64,000 nt of DNA from Hemiscyllium ocellatum (lineage: Eukaryota), in NCBI RefSeq assembly GCF_020745735.1, contig NC_083431.1:8336496-8400495 (forward strand), in the 5' to 3' direction. Under the pieces are notes generated by a model. The model had not been told where the DNA came from and searched no databases. It worked only from the letters and a program-made list of their open reading frames with translations. Each line of letters begins with the position of its first letter. Within the stretch, counting starts at the first letter, position 1. This document shows, piece by piece, positions 37,408 through 48,621 of this stretch. A program made the position numbers and the translations under genes.

Positions 37408-37530
37408 ATTGCAGATTTCTTGCAGTTGTACTAGCTTCATCTCAAGTGCCTCAATATGTTGTCGTAGTGCATTCAGTTCCCGTAAGTAAACACGAGAAGG
37501 AAATAAAATGTCTTTCATTATTTCTAAACC
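37408..37530 (-). CDS. PRR11: PRR11 coding exon (coiled coil)
   Basis: ttacag|GGT. GLEIMKDILFPSRVYLRELNALRQHIEALEMKLVQLQEICN (recalled human SLEVLKDTIFPSR...KLQE). Donor AAT|gtaaac; a second in-frame donor lies 9 nt further, so the 3' edge is uncertain. Confidence 0.9.
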
Positions 37531-37999
37531 CTGTAAACACAGAAGAAACAAATCATTGGCAAAGCAATAAGATACAATTGTTTCATTTTTGATTCATTTC
37601 AATTGCTGGTCAGTCAAAATTAATAAGCCCTGGGTTTCAGCCTCAAAGCGTATTGAATTGACTGACTGCAATTGAATGGCACAAAGGGTAATACAACAGA
37701 CTTAGTTATCGTTACAATCAGGAAAGGGGAGGGGGAAGGATGGAAAAAAGGAGAGAGCCATGACTAATATGGTAAAGATGGTGTTAGATTAAATGAGAAG
37801 GCTACGACAGTTGCAATCCTCAGGATTGGTAAAATTTTAGAATCTAGTAAAGAAGGGCCAAGACATTGTTAGACAAAAAGAGAAGAAAACAGGATCGTAA
37901 AACAGCCAGAAACATAAAAACACATCATAAAAGCTTCTCTAAGGTATGTAAATCTGGAAAGGTGTTCAAAGATAGATATGTACAAGCAGAAACAGGAGA

Positions 38000-38486
38000 T
38001 CAAAGTTTGTGAGAAGATTTGTAGCGCAGGTGCTCGTTGTTGTGGTTCTGCTCGCCGAGCTGGGAATTTGTGTTGCAGATGTTTCGTGCCCTGTCTAGGC
38101 GACATCCTCAGTGCTTGGGAGCCTCCTGTGAAGCGCTTCTATGATGTTTCTTCCGGCATTCATAGTGGTTTGTCTCTGCCGCTTCCAGTTATCAGTTCCA
38201 GCTGTCCGCTGCAACACTACTATTATAGGACAAGCCAAACAGAGAACAGCCAGGGAATTCCTAGAGGCATGGCACTCATCCACAGATTCTATCAACAAAA
38301 CACATCGACCTGGATCCAATATACCGGCCACTGCAGCAGACAGCTGAAACTGAGAACCGGAAGCGGCAGAGACAAACCACTATAAATGCCGGAAGAAACA
38401 TCACAGAAGCGCTTCACAGGATGTCACCTAGACAGGGGACGAAACATCTGCAATACAAATTCCCAGCTCGGCGAACAGAACCACAA
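38000..38486. mobile_element. Penelope/Poseidon-type insert with inverted terminal repeat, GIY-YIG tail and 13-bp TSD
   Basis: Plus-strand peptide NTTIIGQAKQRTAREFLEAWHSSTDSINK. Minus-strand hammerhead-like GCA-CTGAGGA-...-GAAAC-ATC-TGC (38075-38114). TSD CAGAAACAGGAGA (37987-37999) / CAGAGACAGGAGA (38487-38499). Confidence 0.8.
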
Positions 38487-38689
38487 CAGAGACAGGAGAG
38501 TTGAAAATAGAGAAATAACAGTGAAGTTGAAGTCCTGTGTGTCTATCTTCAGGGAAAGAAGTATCTCTGAAATAATTACGATGAAAGGCTCTCATGAATT
38601 GTGGATGATATTTGGATATTGCAATGTTTTTGCTGAACAGATATAGTGATTTTCTATAGCATGGGGTTGCAGAGGAACACAATTGTCGT

Positions 38690-40060
38690 ATTATAGCAAA
38701 ACGACCTGAAGTGTTGGAAAAGATAGTTAGAGATGGAGGTTCACCAGTGCATCTACTATCAAAATTCTATTAATTTTGCATTGCTGGCTGAAGATTAGAA
38801 AGTTGCAAGAGTTTGTTAAGTGAGAAAGAAAACAAAAAACTACCCTTAAGTCTGGCATCAGGAGGGAAAATACAAGAATCTATTATGGATGTGATTACAG
38901 ATATGAAGAGAACAATTGTCTGATATGGCACAGATGAAGCAGATTTGAGGGGGAAAAGCTTGATTTTTTTTGTGAGGATGTTGCTAGCAGAATCATTTAT
39001 ATATTTGTAAAGATTAGTCCCATAAATGACACAAGTAAACAAAATTAAAGTGCATAAGATCAGAGCTCATACACGAGCAAGGATTAAGGATTGGTTAACA
39101 GGCAGAAATCAGGTAAAGATAAATGGATGTCTTAATTTTGGCAGTTTGTAATGAGTACAGTACAGTAAGAATCAGAGCTTGGGCATGTGGTGTTCACAAT
39201 TTATCAATGATTTGGGGACCAAAAATAATATTTTCAAGTTTGCAGGTAATATAACATTTGTTGGGAATCTAAGTTATTTGAGGCCTGGGGATATTTAGAT
39301 GGGTTGAGTGAGTGGACAAGAGCACAGGAGATGGAAGATAATGTGGATGAATGTGAGGAGCTCCGCTTTGGTAGGAGGAACAGAGATGCAGATTATTTAT
39401 TGAATGATAAGAGATTGGAAAGTGTTAATATCCAAGGACACCTCAGTGTCCTTGCTGGTATGCCACTGATAGTTAGTATGCAGATACAGTAAGCAATTCA
39501 GGAATCAAATGTTCTTGTCAGTCTTGATTGCAAGAAAATTTGATAACATAAGAACATAAAGGAGTAAAGAAGTCTTGTTTCAATTGTATAGTACAATGGA
39601 GAGATTGCATTTGGAATATTGTGTGTAGCTGTGATCCCTTTGCCTAAGGAAGGATATACTTGCCATAGAAGGAGTACGATGGAGATTCACTGGATTGTGA
39701 TGGTGAACTGTCCTATGAAGACAGATTGGGAGGCTGGGCCTGTATTCTCAGGAAGTTGGAACAACATGACAGAAAGGACAGTCCCCCAGCTATGTGGTCT
39801 AGAACCAGGGGACACAATTTCAGAATAAACAGCAGGCAATTTGGACTTGAATCAAGGCAGAACATCTTCACTCAGTGATGAGTTATTAGAATTCTCTATT
39901 TAGGAGGGCTACAGAAGTTTAGTCATTAATTCAAGATAGCAAATGATAGACTGCTAGCTATTAATACATCAAGGAGTATGAGGATTACATGCAAATATGA
40001 TGCTGAAGTAAATGATCATCCACGATCTAGAACGGGAGAATAGGCTTGAAGGTTTGACAG
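38690..40060 (+). mobile_element. Highly degraded CR1 LINE
   Basis: Remnants of RT motifs (GATTGGTTAACAGGCAGAAATCAG, TTCAAGTTTGCAG, LSEWTR...NVDECEELRFGRRNR). Boundaries approximate. Confidence 0.65.
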
Positions 40061-40347
40061 CCTGATCTTCTACTTCTTAATACTACGTGACCACTTATTG
40101 TAATTTGATTCAAAACCTCTTGCATCTCTACTCCCACAGCCTATATTCTAAAATTTTCAATTTTCCATTGCATCTGCGCCACTTATATATATTGTAGAGT
40201 ATTTTAAAAATACTAGAGAATATAAATTCAAAAATGAACCTGCTTAGAGTAGGGATTTAAGGATAAATATTTTAAATGGTGAATAGCCTGCAAATTTAAA
40301 TCAAACTTGAAGTCTGGGATATTGAAAGGAAGATGGGGAAGAGAAGG

Positions 40348-40572
40348 GTTGAAAAGTGTGGTGCTGGAAAAGCGCAGCAGGCCAGGCAGCATCCAAGGAG
40401 CAGAAGAATCGACATTTCAGGCATAAACCCTTCTTCAGGAATTCTGAAGAAGGGCTTATGCCCGAAACGTCGATTCTCCTTCTCCTCGGATGCTGCCTGG
40501 CCTGCTGCGCTTTTCTAGCACCACACTTTTCAACTCTGATCTCTAGCATCTGCAGTCTTCACTTTCTCCTAA
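40348..40572. mobile_element. Palindromic Penelope-type insert with hammerhead cores on both strands and 12-bp TSD
   Basis: Centre TTCTTCAGGAATTCTGAAGAA. Plus core CTGAAGA-A-GGGC-TTAT-GCCC-GAAAC-GTC (40444-40471); minus core CTGAAGA-A-GGGT-TTAT-GCCT-GAAAT-GTC. Perfect TSD GGGAAGAGAAGG (40336-40347 / 40573-40584). Confidence 0.88.
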
Positions 40573-41124
40573 GGGAAGAGAAGGATCAAGCTTTGAAGAG
40601 ATTTTCACCCCAGATTGTGCTTATTCACCTACAGTGCATCGGGTACTGTCTGGCTCATGTAAAAACTAAAGTACACAAGAATGTGAGAAGCCAAAGAGTT
40701 CTCAGAAACAGGACTCTGGGGTCTTGAAACCATGGAGATTGGAGCATGAAGTCTCCAAGTTGGGATGGAACGGCTGAATTCTAAAGATGGAGAAGGAGAG
40801 ATATGATCAAACTGTGTGCTTGAGCATCTAAGAGGCTTGCAATCAATCAGCCTCATCAAAAACTATTTTGAAGAGGTAACTGAAGATTCTCAGATCAAAC
40901 TAACAAGGAATCATTTTGAGGCAGAAAATTTGAGAGATTTTGTGACCACCAGGTCCCAGTATACAAAATAATTTTAAAATGAAAACTGCAAAATCAAACC
41001 TGCTTAAGGTGTTCACATACAGAATTATAGTCAATTGCTGGAAAATAGGTAAAGTCACAACTGGCTGTGGGAAATCAAAATAATCTTTAACATGTGAATT
41101 AGAGATCTAATTTTGCATTTATAC

Positions 41125-41278
41125 CTGATTAATGTTGTTCAGCCACCAATTGCACAAGGACGAAACTACAGCTTTAAGAGGATTCAGCACATTCCTCACA
41201 CTCACTAAAGAAACGAGCCCAATAGGAACTGGTTCATGCTGGGAGGAGTTGCTATTAGACACTGGTGCTTCTTTCTTC
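41125..41278 (-). CDS. PRR11: PRR11 coding exon
   Basis: 154 nt, tccag|G ... CAG|gtataa, phases 2/0. KKEAPVSNS...VRNVLNPLKAVVSSLCNWWLNNINQ (recalled human IRDAIKLW...YSWCQNCITQ). Confidence 0.85.
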
Positions 41279-42231
41279 CTGGATTTAAAACAAAAAAGAA
41301 ATGCAACGAAACCATGCATCCTGCAACTGGTCCACAAAGTAAGAACAAATATTAATGTCAAATACTTTATTTGTACTAAGTAGCAGCAGGCAAGTCTTGA
41401 GAAATGTTGCACATTGTCACATACACTCAGGTAAATTGGGACATAACAAATTTACATTTCTATAATTTCTTATGCATCTTCAGGATGCAAAGGACACTTC
41501 ACAGTCAATGAAGCACATTAGATTGTGGTCAATGTTGTAATGCAGAAACACAGTAACCAATTGGCACATGAAAATACATTAGAAAAAGTAATTAGATAAA
41601 TTATCAAACAATTTTAGTGATGCTGATTGAGACACTAATGACTGCCAGGACATCAGGAGAACATCAACCCCATTCTTCAAATTGTACCAATCAAGAAGTC
41701 AAACTGGAATTTGGTTGATACCTAATCCAAATGTGCAATACTACGTTAAAACTGTACTGTGGTGTCAGCCTAGACCGAGATCCTTCAGCCATCACCTAAC
41801 AACTATTAAACTGAAAACTTAAACAATTCATTAGCAATTCCCAAAGTGGATTGGAACCATTTGAATCAGGTATGTTCTGGGCAGTGGGAAGACCACTGCG
41901 GTTAGCAGAAGCATTCAAAGTTAAGATCCAAATGTCATCATAACTGAACAGGGTGGGGTGCAAGTGAACAGAAATTTGGGGCTATGGTGGGGGAAGAGAA
42001 AGAGAAAGAGAACTAATGATCAGATGTGTCATTGTCTATAACAGTTATCAAACCAAAATCAATTGGGGGATCTTTTTACGGAAGTTATAAATACTAATTC
42101 AATACATTTCTTTGTGGGTGGACAGAAGACAATAAAGGAAATTAATATTGTTCATTCACAGTATAATTTTCCAAATTATTCAACCATTGTAACAAGCTAG
42201 CCTTGCTAATTAAGGTCAGAGAACTGCTCAC

Positions 42232-42383
42232 CCTGCTGTTTCAGCAGCAGTTGGCTTCGTCTTGTAGACATTCCTTTTGTTTTTTGCAAGCAGACGTCGC
42301 TTACTATTATTCCATGCTTTTTCCATAGTTTGCCGTTTTCTCATGATCTTCCACTTCCTGCGACGCTGACTCAACCTGAGCAT
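42232..42383 (-). CDS. PRR11: PRR11 first coding exon
   Basis: Acceptor ctgtag|TC ATG. MLRLSQRRRKWKIMRK... (recalled human MPKFKQRRRKLK). Donor GG|gtgagc. All ten coding exons splice to 1197 nt (398 aa plus stop). Confidence 0.88.
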
Positions 42384-42475
42384 GACTACAGAAGAAAAGT
42401 TATAGAATGCTAAAATGCTGTGTTGCAAAAATCAAGCACCTTAAATCTGGATATTGCTGTTTCAAAACACTCAAC

Positions 42476-42741
42476 GGCAGCACGGTGGCTCAGTGGTTAG
42501 CACTGCTGCCTCAAAGCACCAGGGGTCCAGGTTCAATTCTCACCTCAGGAGACTGTACATGTGGAGTTTGCACATTCTCCCCATGTCTGAGTGGGTTTCC
42601 TTCACAATCCAAAGATGTGCTGGTCAGGTGAATTGGCCATGCTAAATTGCCTGTAGTATTAGTCAGGGATAAATGTAGGGAAATGGGTCTGGGTGAGTAG
42701 CTCAGAAGGGTCTATTTCCATACGTAGGGAATCTAATCTAA
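42476..42741 (+). mobile_element. HE1-type V-SINE (internally deleted)
   Basis: tRNA head, V-domain and (ATCTA)n tail. Confidence 0.85.
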
Positions 42742-43209
42742 CTGATAAGTACTGGTTGACCAACAATAACAATGTTGGGATATTCAACTTTGCAGAAAAG
42801 AGATTCCAGGAAGACTTGCAATTCCACTACAGCATCGCATTGATCCCTTTGGGGGGTTGAGGCTTTTTGTCATTCATTCCTGCATCTCCTAACAACACAA
42901 CTTTTATCAATGCCGAGCTGAAACTGTGCTCCACCAGGAAATGCATGAACATGTCAGATCAGTGGAATTACGAGAACTTATATTCAAGTTCACATTAAAA
43001 ACACTGTCCTAGTCAATATTCATCTCTCAATTCACATCTAAGAACAGAGTACTTCGCCACTATTATATTACTGTTGCTGGAGCTCGCTCTGTGCAAATTG
43101 GCTGCGTTTCCAGCTAACACTAATGACTAAACTTCAACTAGTACTTTATGCATCAGGCACTTTGGGATGTCAAAAGGTCATGAAAGATGTAATCTAAATG
43201 CAAGTTTTG

Positions 43210-45420
43210 GAAAAATTATATATTGTGAGGACAACAGTGTAGAACTCCAAAATGACATTGACAAGTTAGTGGAGTGAGCAGATAGGTAGCAGATGAGGTT
43301 CAATCAGAGAAATGCAAGGTGATTCACTTCGGTTCGAAGAATATTGAAAGACAATACAAAATAAAGTGTACAATTCTAAAGGAGATTCAGGACCGGGGTA
43401 CCTTGATTTTTGTGTGCATAAATTATTGAAATTATTAAATTATTAATAAAGCATACAGTGTTCTTAGCTTTATTAAGGCAGTATAGAGTATCAGAGCAAA
43501 AAGATGATGTCGAACTTACACAAGACACTTGTTAGACCTAGCATATTGTGTATGGTTGTGGACATCACATGATAGGAAAGAATACATTGGAGAGCGTGCA
43601 AAAGCAATTTACAGTATAGTTTCAGGAATGGGAAATTTCAGTCATGAGGCTAGATTGGGACTGATCTTGCTGGAGAGGGGAAGACAGGAGGAAATTTGAT
43701 AGAGGCTTTTAAAAATCATGAGCAGACTGGATAGAGTAGAAAGGGAGAAACAGTTCCTGCTCATAAAAGGTAAAAGTACGAGGAAGACAAATTTAAATTG
43801 ATGTGTAAATGATGAAAGATGATGTGAAAAAATATTTTTCACGTAGCAAGTAGTTAGGATATGGAATGCAGTTCCAGGAAATGTGGAACAGAGGGGTTCA
43901 ACTGAGGCATTCAAGAGAGCGTTGAATGATTATTTGAGTAGAAATTGTGTGCAGGGGTATATGGGAAGGCAGATGATTGACATTAAGTGTGGGTGCATTA
44001 GGCTGAATAGCCTCCCTCTATGCTATAACAATCCTGTGAAATTTTTCTTTTATTTCTTAAATGAAAATCTTTCAGACTTTGGAAGCAGGTTCATAGTTCC
44101 TTGAAAGTGGAGTCATAGGTCGGCAGGGTAGTGAAGAAGGCGTTTGGTAGGCTTGCCTTTATTAGTCAGTACATTGGGTATAAGAGCTGGGAAATAATGC
44201 TGTGGCTGTACAGGACATTTGTAAGGCCACTTTTGGAATAGTGCATTCAATTCTGGTCTCCTTGCTATAGGAAATATTTTGTAAACTTGAAAAGGTTCTG
44301 AAAAGATTTACAAGGATGTTGCCAGGGTTGGAGGATTTGAGCCATAGGGAAAGGCTGAATAGCCTGGATTTATTTTCCCTGGAGCATCGGAGGCTGAGGG
44401 ATGACCTTATAAAAGTTGATAAAATCATGAGGGGCATGGATGGGTAAATAGTCGAGGTCTTTTTCCAGGGTGGAGGAGTCCAAAACTAGAGTGTTTAGGT
44501 TTAAGGTGAGAGAGGAAAGATTTAAAACAGACCTAAGTCACACCTTTTACATTGCATAGGGTCGTACATGTATGCAATGAGCTGCCAGAAAAATGGTGGA
44601 GGCTGATACAACTATGACATTTAAAAAGCATCTGAATGGGTAGGAAGAGTTCAAAGGGATATGGGCTGAATGCTGGAAAATGTGCCTAAATTAATTTAGG
44701 ATATCTGGTTGGCATGGATTGAGTTGGATGAAGGGTCTGTTTCTGTGCTGTACATCCATGTGACTCTCCAACTTAAATTGTACAGCAATATAATAAAAGT
44801 CCCAAATCACTTCACAAAAAAGTTATGAAACAAAGTGTGCCATTGTACCATTCAAGGTGGTATTAGACCAAGTAGCTTGTATGGAGCATCAAGAAAGAGG
44901 AAATGAAGATGGAGAAGTAGCAAATTTTAGGCGGGGATCTCTAGAGTTTAGGGCCCAGGCAGCTGACAAATGGAGGTGGCACATTTGAGTCCTGGGGTTG
45001 AGAATGTTGATGAGTGATTGAATAAAATGTATCTTGAATGTCTGATGTTTAAAGGAATGAGCAGATCTCATTGTAACAATTAAAATTCTGAGAAGGTTTA
45101 ACAGGGTAGATGCTGAAAGGCTGTTTACTGTGGTTGAAAACTCCAGAACAGAAGGTGCTTACTTTCAGGTTAAATGGTTAGCCCTTTATGATTGAGCTGA
45201 GGAGACATTTTCATTTAAATGTTTTAAATCTTTACTCCAGATGTAGATGTTCTGTTTTTGTGTATATTCAAAAACTAAATTTGATATTTTTGGAATCAAA
45301 GGAAATCATTGCTTATGGTGAGTACATGAGAAAGTGCTACAGAGGTCAAAAATCAGCTCAGATCTTAGCTATTGGTGCACCAGACTCAAGGGGTTTCATG
45401 GCATACTCCTACACCTATGT
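43210..45420 (+). mobile_element. Cluster of CR1 LINE 3' fragments
   Basis: Repeated RT C-terminal and 3' UTR motifs (GGCTGAGGGATGACCTTATA; GAAGGGTCTGTTTCTGTGCTGTAC) homologous to 26715-27900. Confidence 0.8.
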
Positions 45421-45779
45421 CATAGAGTCATAGAGATGTTTAGCATGGAAACAGACCCTTCAGTCCAACCTGTCCACGCCGACCAGATGTCCCAACTCAA
45501 CCTAGCCACACCTGTCAGCACCCGGCCCATATCCCTCCAAACCCTTCCTATTCATATACCCATCCAAATGCCTTTTAAATGTTGCATAAGTTTATTTGGA
45601 GGGGAATAACCTCAGCTTCTCCACATAAAGACATTTCATCCTTGGTGCCATTCTACTCAGTACTTCTCAAGGGCAATAAATGCTGGTTCAGCCACTAAAA
45701 ACCCAAATACCAGAAATTAAAAAGCAAAAGCTCCTACCATCAGCAGTGTGATTTTACCATTTTACTTTTTAGTGAAAGC

Positions 45780-47140
45780 AAAGTACTACTGATGTTAGAT
45801 TTGCCCTGGTTTATGTGTACAGGACATATCTTGGCAATTTTACACATGGTCAGGTAGACAGATGCTAATGTTGTAATTGTACTGGAAGAACTTGGCTAGA
45901 GGAATGGCAAGTTCTGTAGCACTCATCTTCTACACTATTCTCAGAATATTGTCAGGGGCCATAGCCTTTTCAGTATCCTGTGTCTCCAACCATTTCTTGA
46001 TATAAAATGAAATAAACTGAATTGGCTGAAGACTGATATCTGTAATCTGGAGACCATTGTTGGGAGCCAAGATGGATCATTCAGTTGGCACTTCTAGTTG
46101 AAGATTGTTGCTTTATCTTTGGCATTGATTTGTCGGACTCTTCGATAATTGAGGATGGGATATTTATGGAGTCTTCTCCTCCAATGAGTTGTATAACTGT
46201 CCAAGACCATTCACAACTAGATGTGGCAGGACTGAAGAGCTTAAATCTAACCCGCTGCTTATGGGATTGCTTAGCTCTATCAATCACTTGCCACTTTTGC
46301 TGCTTGGTATCAAGTATGGTAGCTTCACTAGGTTTACACCTCATTTTCAGGTACGCTTGGTGCTGCTACTGGCATGCCCTGTTGTACTATCTTTTAAACT
46401 GAGGTTGATCCCCTGCCTTGATGATCATGGTTGATTGGGAGATATGCCAGGCCATGAGATTAGATTGTGATGGAGTACAATTCTGCTACTGTTGATGGCC
46501 CACAGTGCCTCATGATGCCCAGTGTTGAACTGCTAGACCTGTTTGAAGTCTGTACCATTTAGCAGGGTGATAGTGCCATGCAAGGAATGAGTGGTGATCA
46601 CTCTTACCAATACTGTCATGGACAGATGTATCGGCAGCTGGCAGATTGAGGTCAAGTACAGTCTTCCTTCTTGTTGGTTCTCTCAGCACTTGCTGCAGAC
46701 CCAGTGTAGCAGCTGTATCTTTTCAAATCTGACCAGCTGGGTCAGTAGTACTGTTACTGAGCTACTCTTATTGGTAGGCATTGCATTCCCCACCCAGAGA
46801 ACATTTGTGCCCTTGCCATCCTCTGTGCTTCATCCAAGTGTTGTTCAACATGGAAGAGTTACGTGGTAATCGGCAGGAAGTTTCCTTGCCCATGTTTACC
46901 CTGAAGCCATGAGAAATCATGGGGTCCAGTCAATGTTGAGGACTCCCAGGGAAACTCCCTTGAGACTGCATACCACTGTACTGCCACCTCTGCTGGGTCT
47001 ATCCTGGTGGGACAGGACATATCCAGGGTTGGTGATAGGTCCATTGTCTACAGGGTATGATTCCATGAGTACAACTACGTTAGGCTATTGTTTGACTAGT
47101 CTATGAGATAGCTCTCCCAACTTTGGCCTCCAGATGTTAC
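45780..47140 (-). mobile_element. Degraded LINE ORF2 remnant (CR1/L2-group, different family)
   Basis: Minus strand yields PLAKFFQYNYN and KIAKICPVH-like pieces typical of the region N-terminal to a LINE RT. Family assignment uncertain. Confidence 0.55.
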
Positions 47141-47990
47141 ACATGACACCAAAACTGGAGGTATTGTGGACAGCAAAGAATGTTACCTCAGATTACAATA
47201 GGATCTTGATCAGATGGGCCAATGGGCTGTGGGTGGCAGATGGAGTTTAATTTAGATAAATGCGAGGTGCTACATTTTGGGAAAGCAATTCTTAGCAGGA
47301 CTTGTACACGAATGGTAAGGTCTGAGGGAGTGTTGCTGAACAAAGAGACCTTGGAGTGCAGATTCATAGCTCCTTGAAAGTATAGTTGCAGGCAGATAGG
47401 ATAGTGAAGACGATATTGGTATGCTTTCCTTTATTGGTCAGAGTATTGAGTACAGGAATTGGAGGTCATGTTGCAGCTGTACAGGACATTGGTTAGGCCA
47501 CTGTTGGAATATTGAATGCAATTCTGGTCTCCTTTCTATCAGAAGGATGTTGTGAAACTTGAAAGGGTTCAGAAAAGATTTGCAAGGATGTTACAAGGGT
47601 TGGTGGATTTGAGCTATAGGGAGAGGCTGAACAGGCTGGGGCTGTTTTACCTGGAGCATCAGAGGCTGAGGGGTGACCTTATAGAGGTTTACAAAATTAT
47701 GAGGAGCATAGATAGGATAAATAGGCAATGTCTTTTCCCTGGGGTCAGGGAGTCCAGAACTAGAGGGCATAGGTTTAGGGTGAGAGGGGAAAGATATAAA
47801 AGAGACCTAAGGGGCAACATTTTCACTCAGAGAGTGGTACACGTATGGAATGAGCTGCCAGAGGAAGTGGTGGTACAATAAAAAAATTGAAAAGGCATTT
47901 GGACGGGTATATAAATAGAAGGGATATGGGCTGAGTGCTGGCAGGTAGGACATCTGGTCAGTATAGCCAGGTTGGACGGAAGGGTCTAAT
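47140..47990 (+). mobile_element. 5'-truncated CR1 LINE
   Basis: Highly similar to 27000-27870. QFWSPFYQKDVVKLERVQKRF...RGDLIEVYK. Confidence 0.92.
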
Positions 47991-48127
47991 ACAGGAGCAA
48001 TCTGAAGGGGCCGAACGACATACTCCTTTTATGTATAATTTAATCTCTAACATTCACAATTGTTTATTAATATTATCACTGAGAGAGTTTCCCAATACCA
48101 CCTACCTAAAACTAACCGTAGACTAAC

Positions 48128-48170
48128 CTGAACGCAGCGGCGCGACCAGAGCCCAACGGCGGCCAAATTT
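48128..48170 (-). other. PRR11: PRR11 putative non-coding first exon (start site approximate)
   Basis: Consensus-like donor CAG|GTTAGT at 48128/48127 at the edge of the CpG island. The next exon has only 2 nt before its ATG, so an upstream exon is required. Confidence 0.65.
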
Positions 48171-48588
48171 AAAATTTAAAAAACCTCTTGTCAGCCATCC
48201 AATGGGACCCGGCCTTTCACGAACCACAGCCATCTGCCATCCTCGACCAATCGCATCAAGCTTCTCACCAGCAGGCCCAATCCGAATCCGACCATTCAGA
48301 GAGCACCAGCGGTTGCTATCCAATGCCATGCTGCGTCTCGAACACCAATGGAAGACCAACTTGTCCCGGCTGTCCAATCCAACAGGTCGGCCTGGCTGTT
48401 GTCCAATCGGAAAGCGCGTCCTAAACGACAGTAGGTGGTGGGAATGCTTTATCCATTCAGGAGACAGGTCTCCGTTTGATCCAATTGGAATACAGAATCC
48501 GTGCAGTAAGCGACCAATAGGATGCTACGTATCATCACGTCCGCGAGCCCCCTTTATCGGTTTGCCTTTGGAATGTCAACTATTCAAT
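48165..48588. promoter_or_regulatory. Bidirectional PRR11/SKA2 promoter: NF-Y CCAAT array and CHR-like TTTAAA elements, within a CpG island (~48130-49280)
   Basis: CCAAT at 48199, 48247, 48277, 48320, 48345, 48374, 48403, 48481 and 48514. TTTAAA at 48168 and 48175. Head-to-head gene arrangement as known for human PRR11-SKA2. Confidence 0.85.
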
Positions 48589-48621
48589 ATGGAGGCCGCG
48601 GTCAACAAGCTGGAAGCGATG
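48589..48621 (+). CDS. SKA2: SKA2 (spindle and kinetochore-associated 2) coding exon 1
   Basis: aatATGG start, MEAAVNKLEAM|gtaaga (recalled human MEAEVDKLELM). Synteny with PRR11 and the intronic miR-301. Later exons not found in the window. Confidence 0.9.

Noticed and set aside
48199-48518. Regularly spaced short repeats suggesting a CRISPR-like array
   Set aside because: The repeat is only the 5-bp CCAAT box in a vertebrate promoter; no cas genes or long direct repeats.
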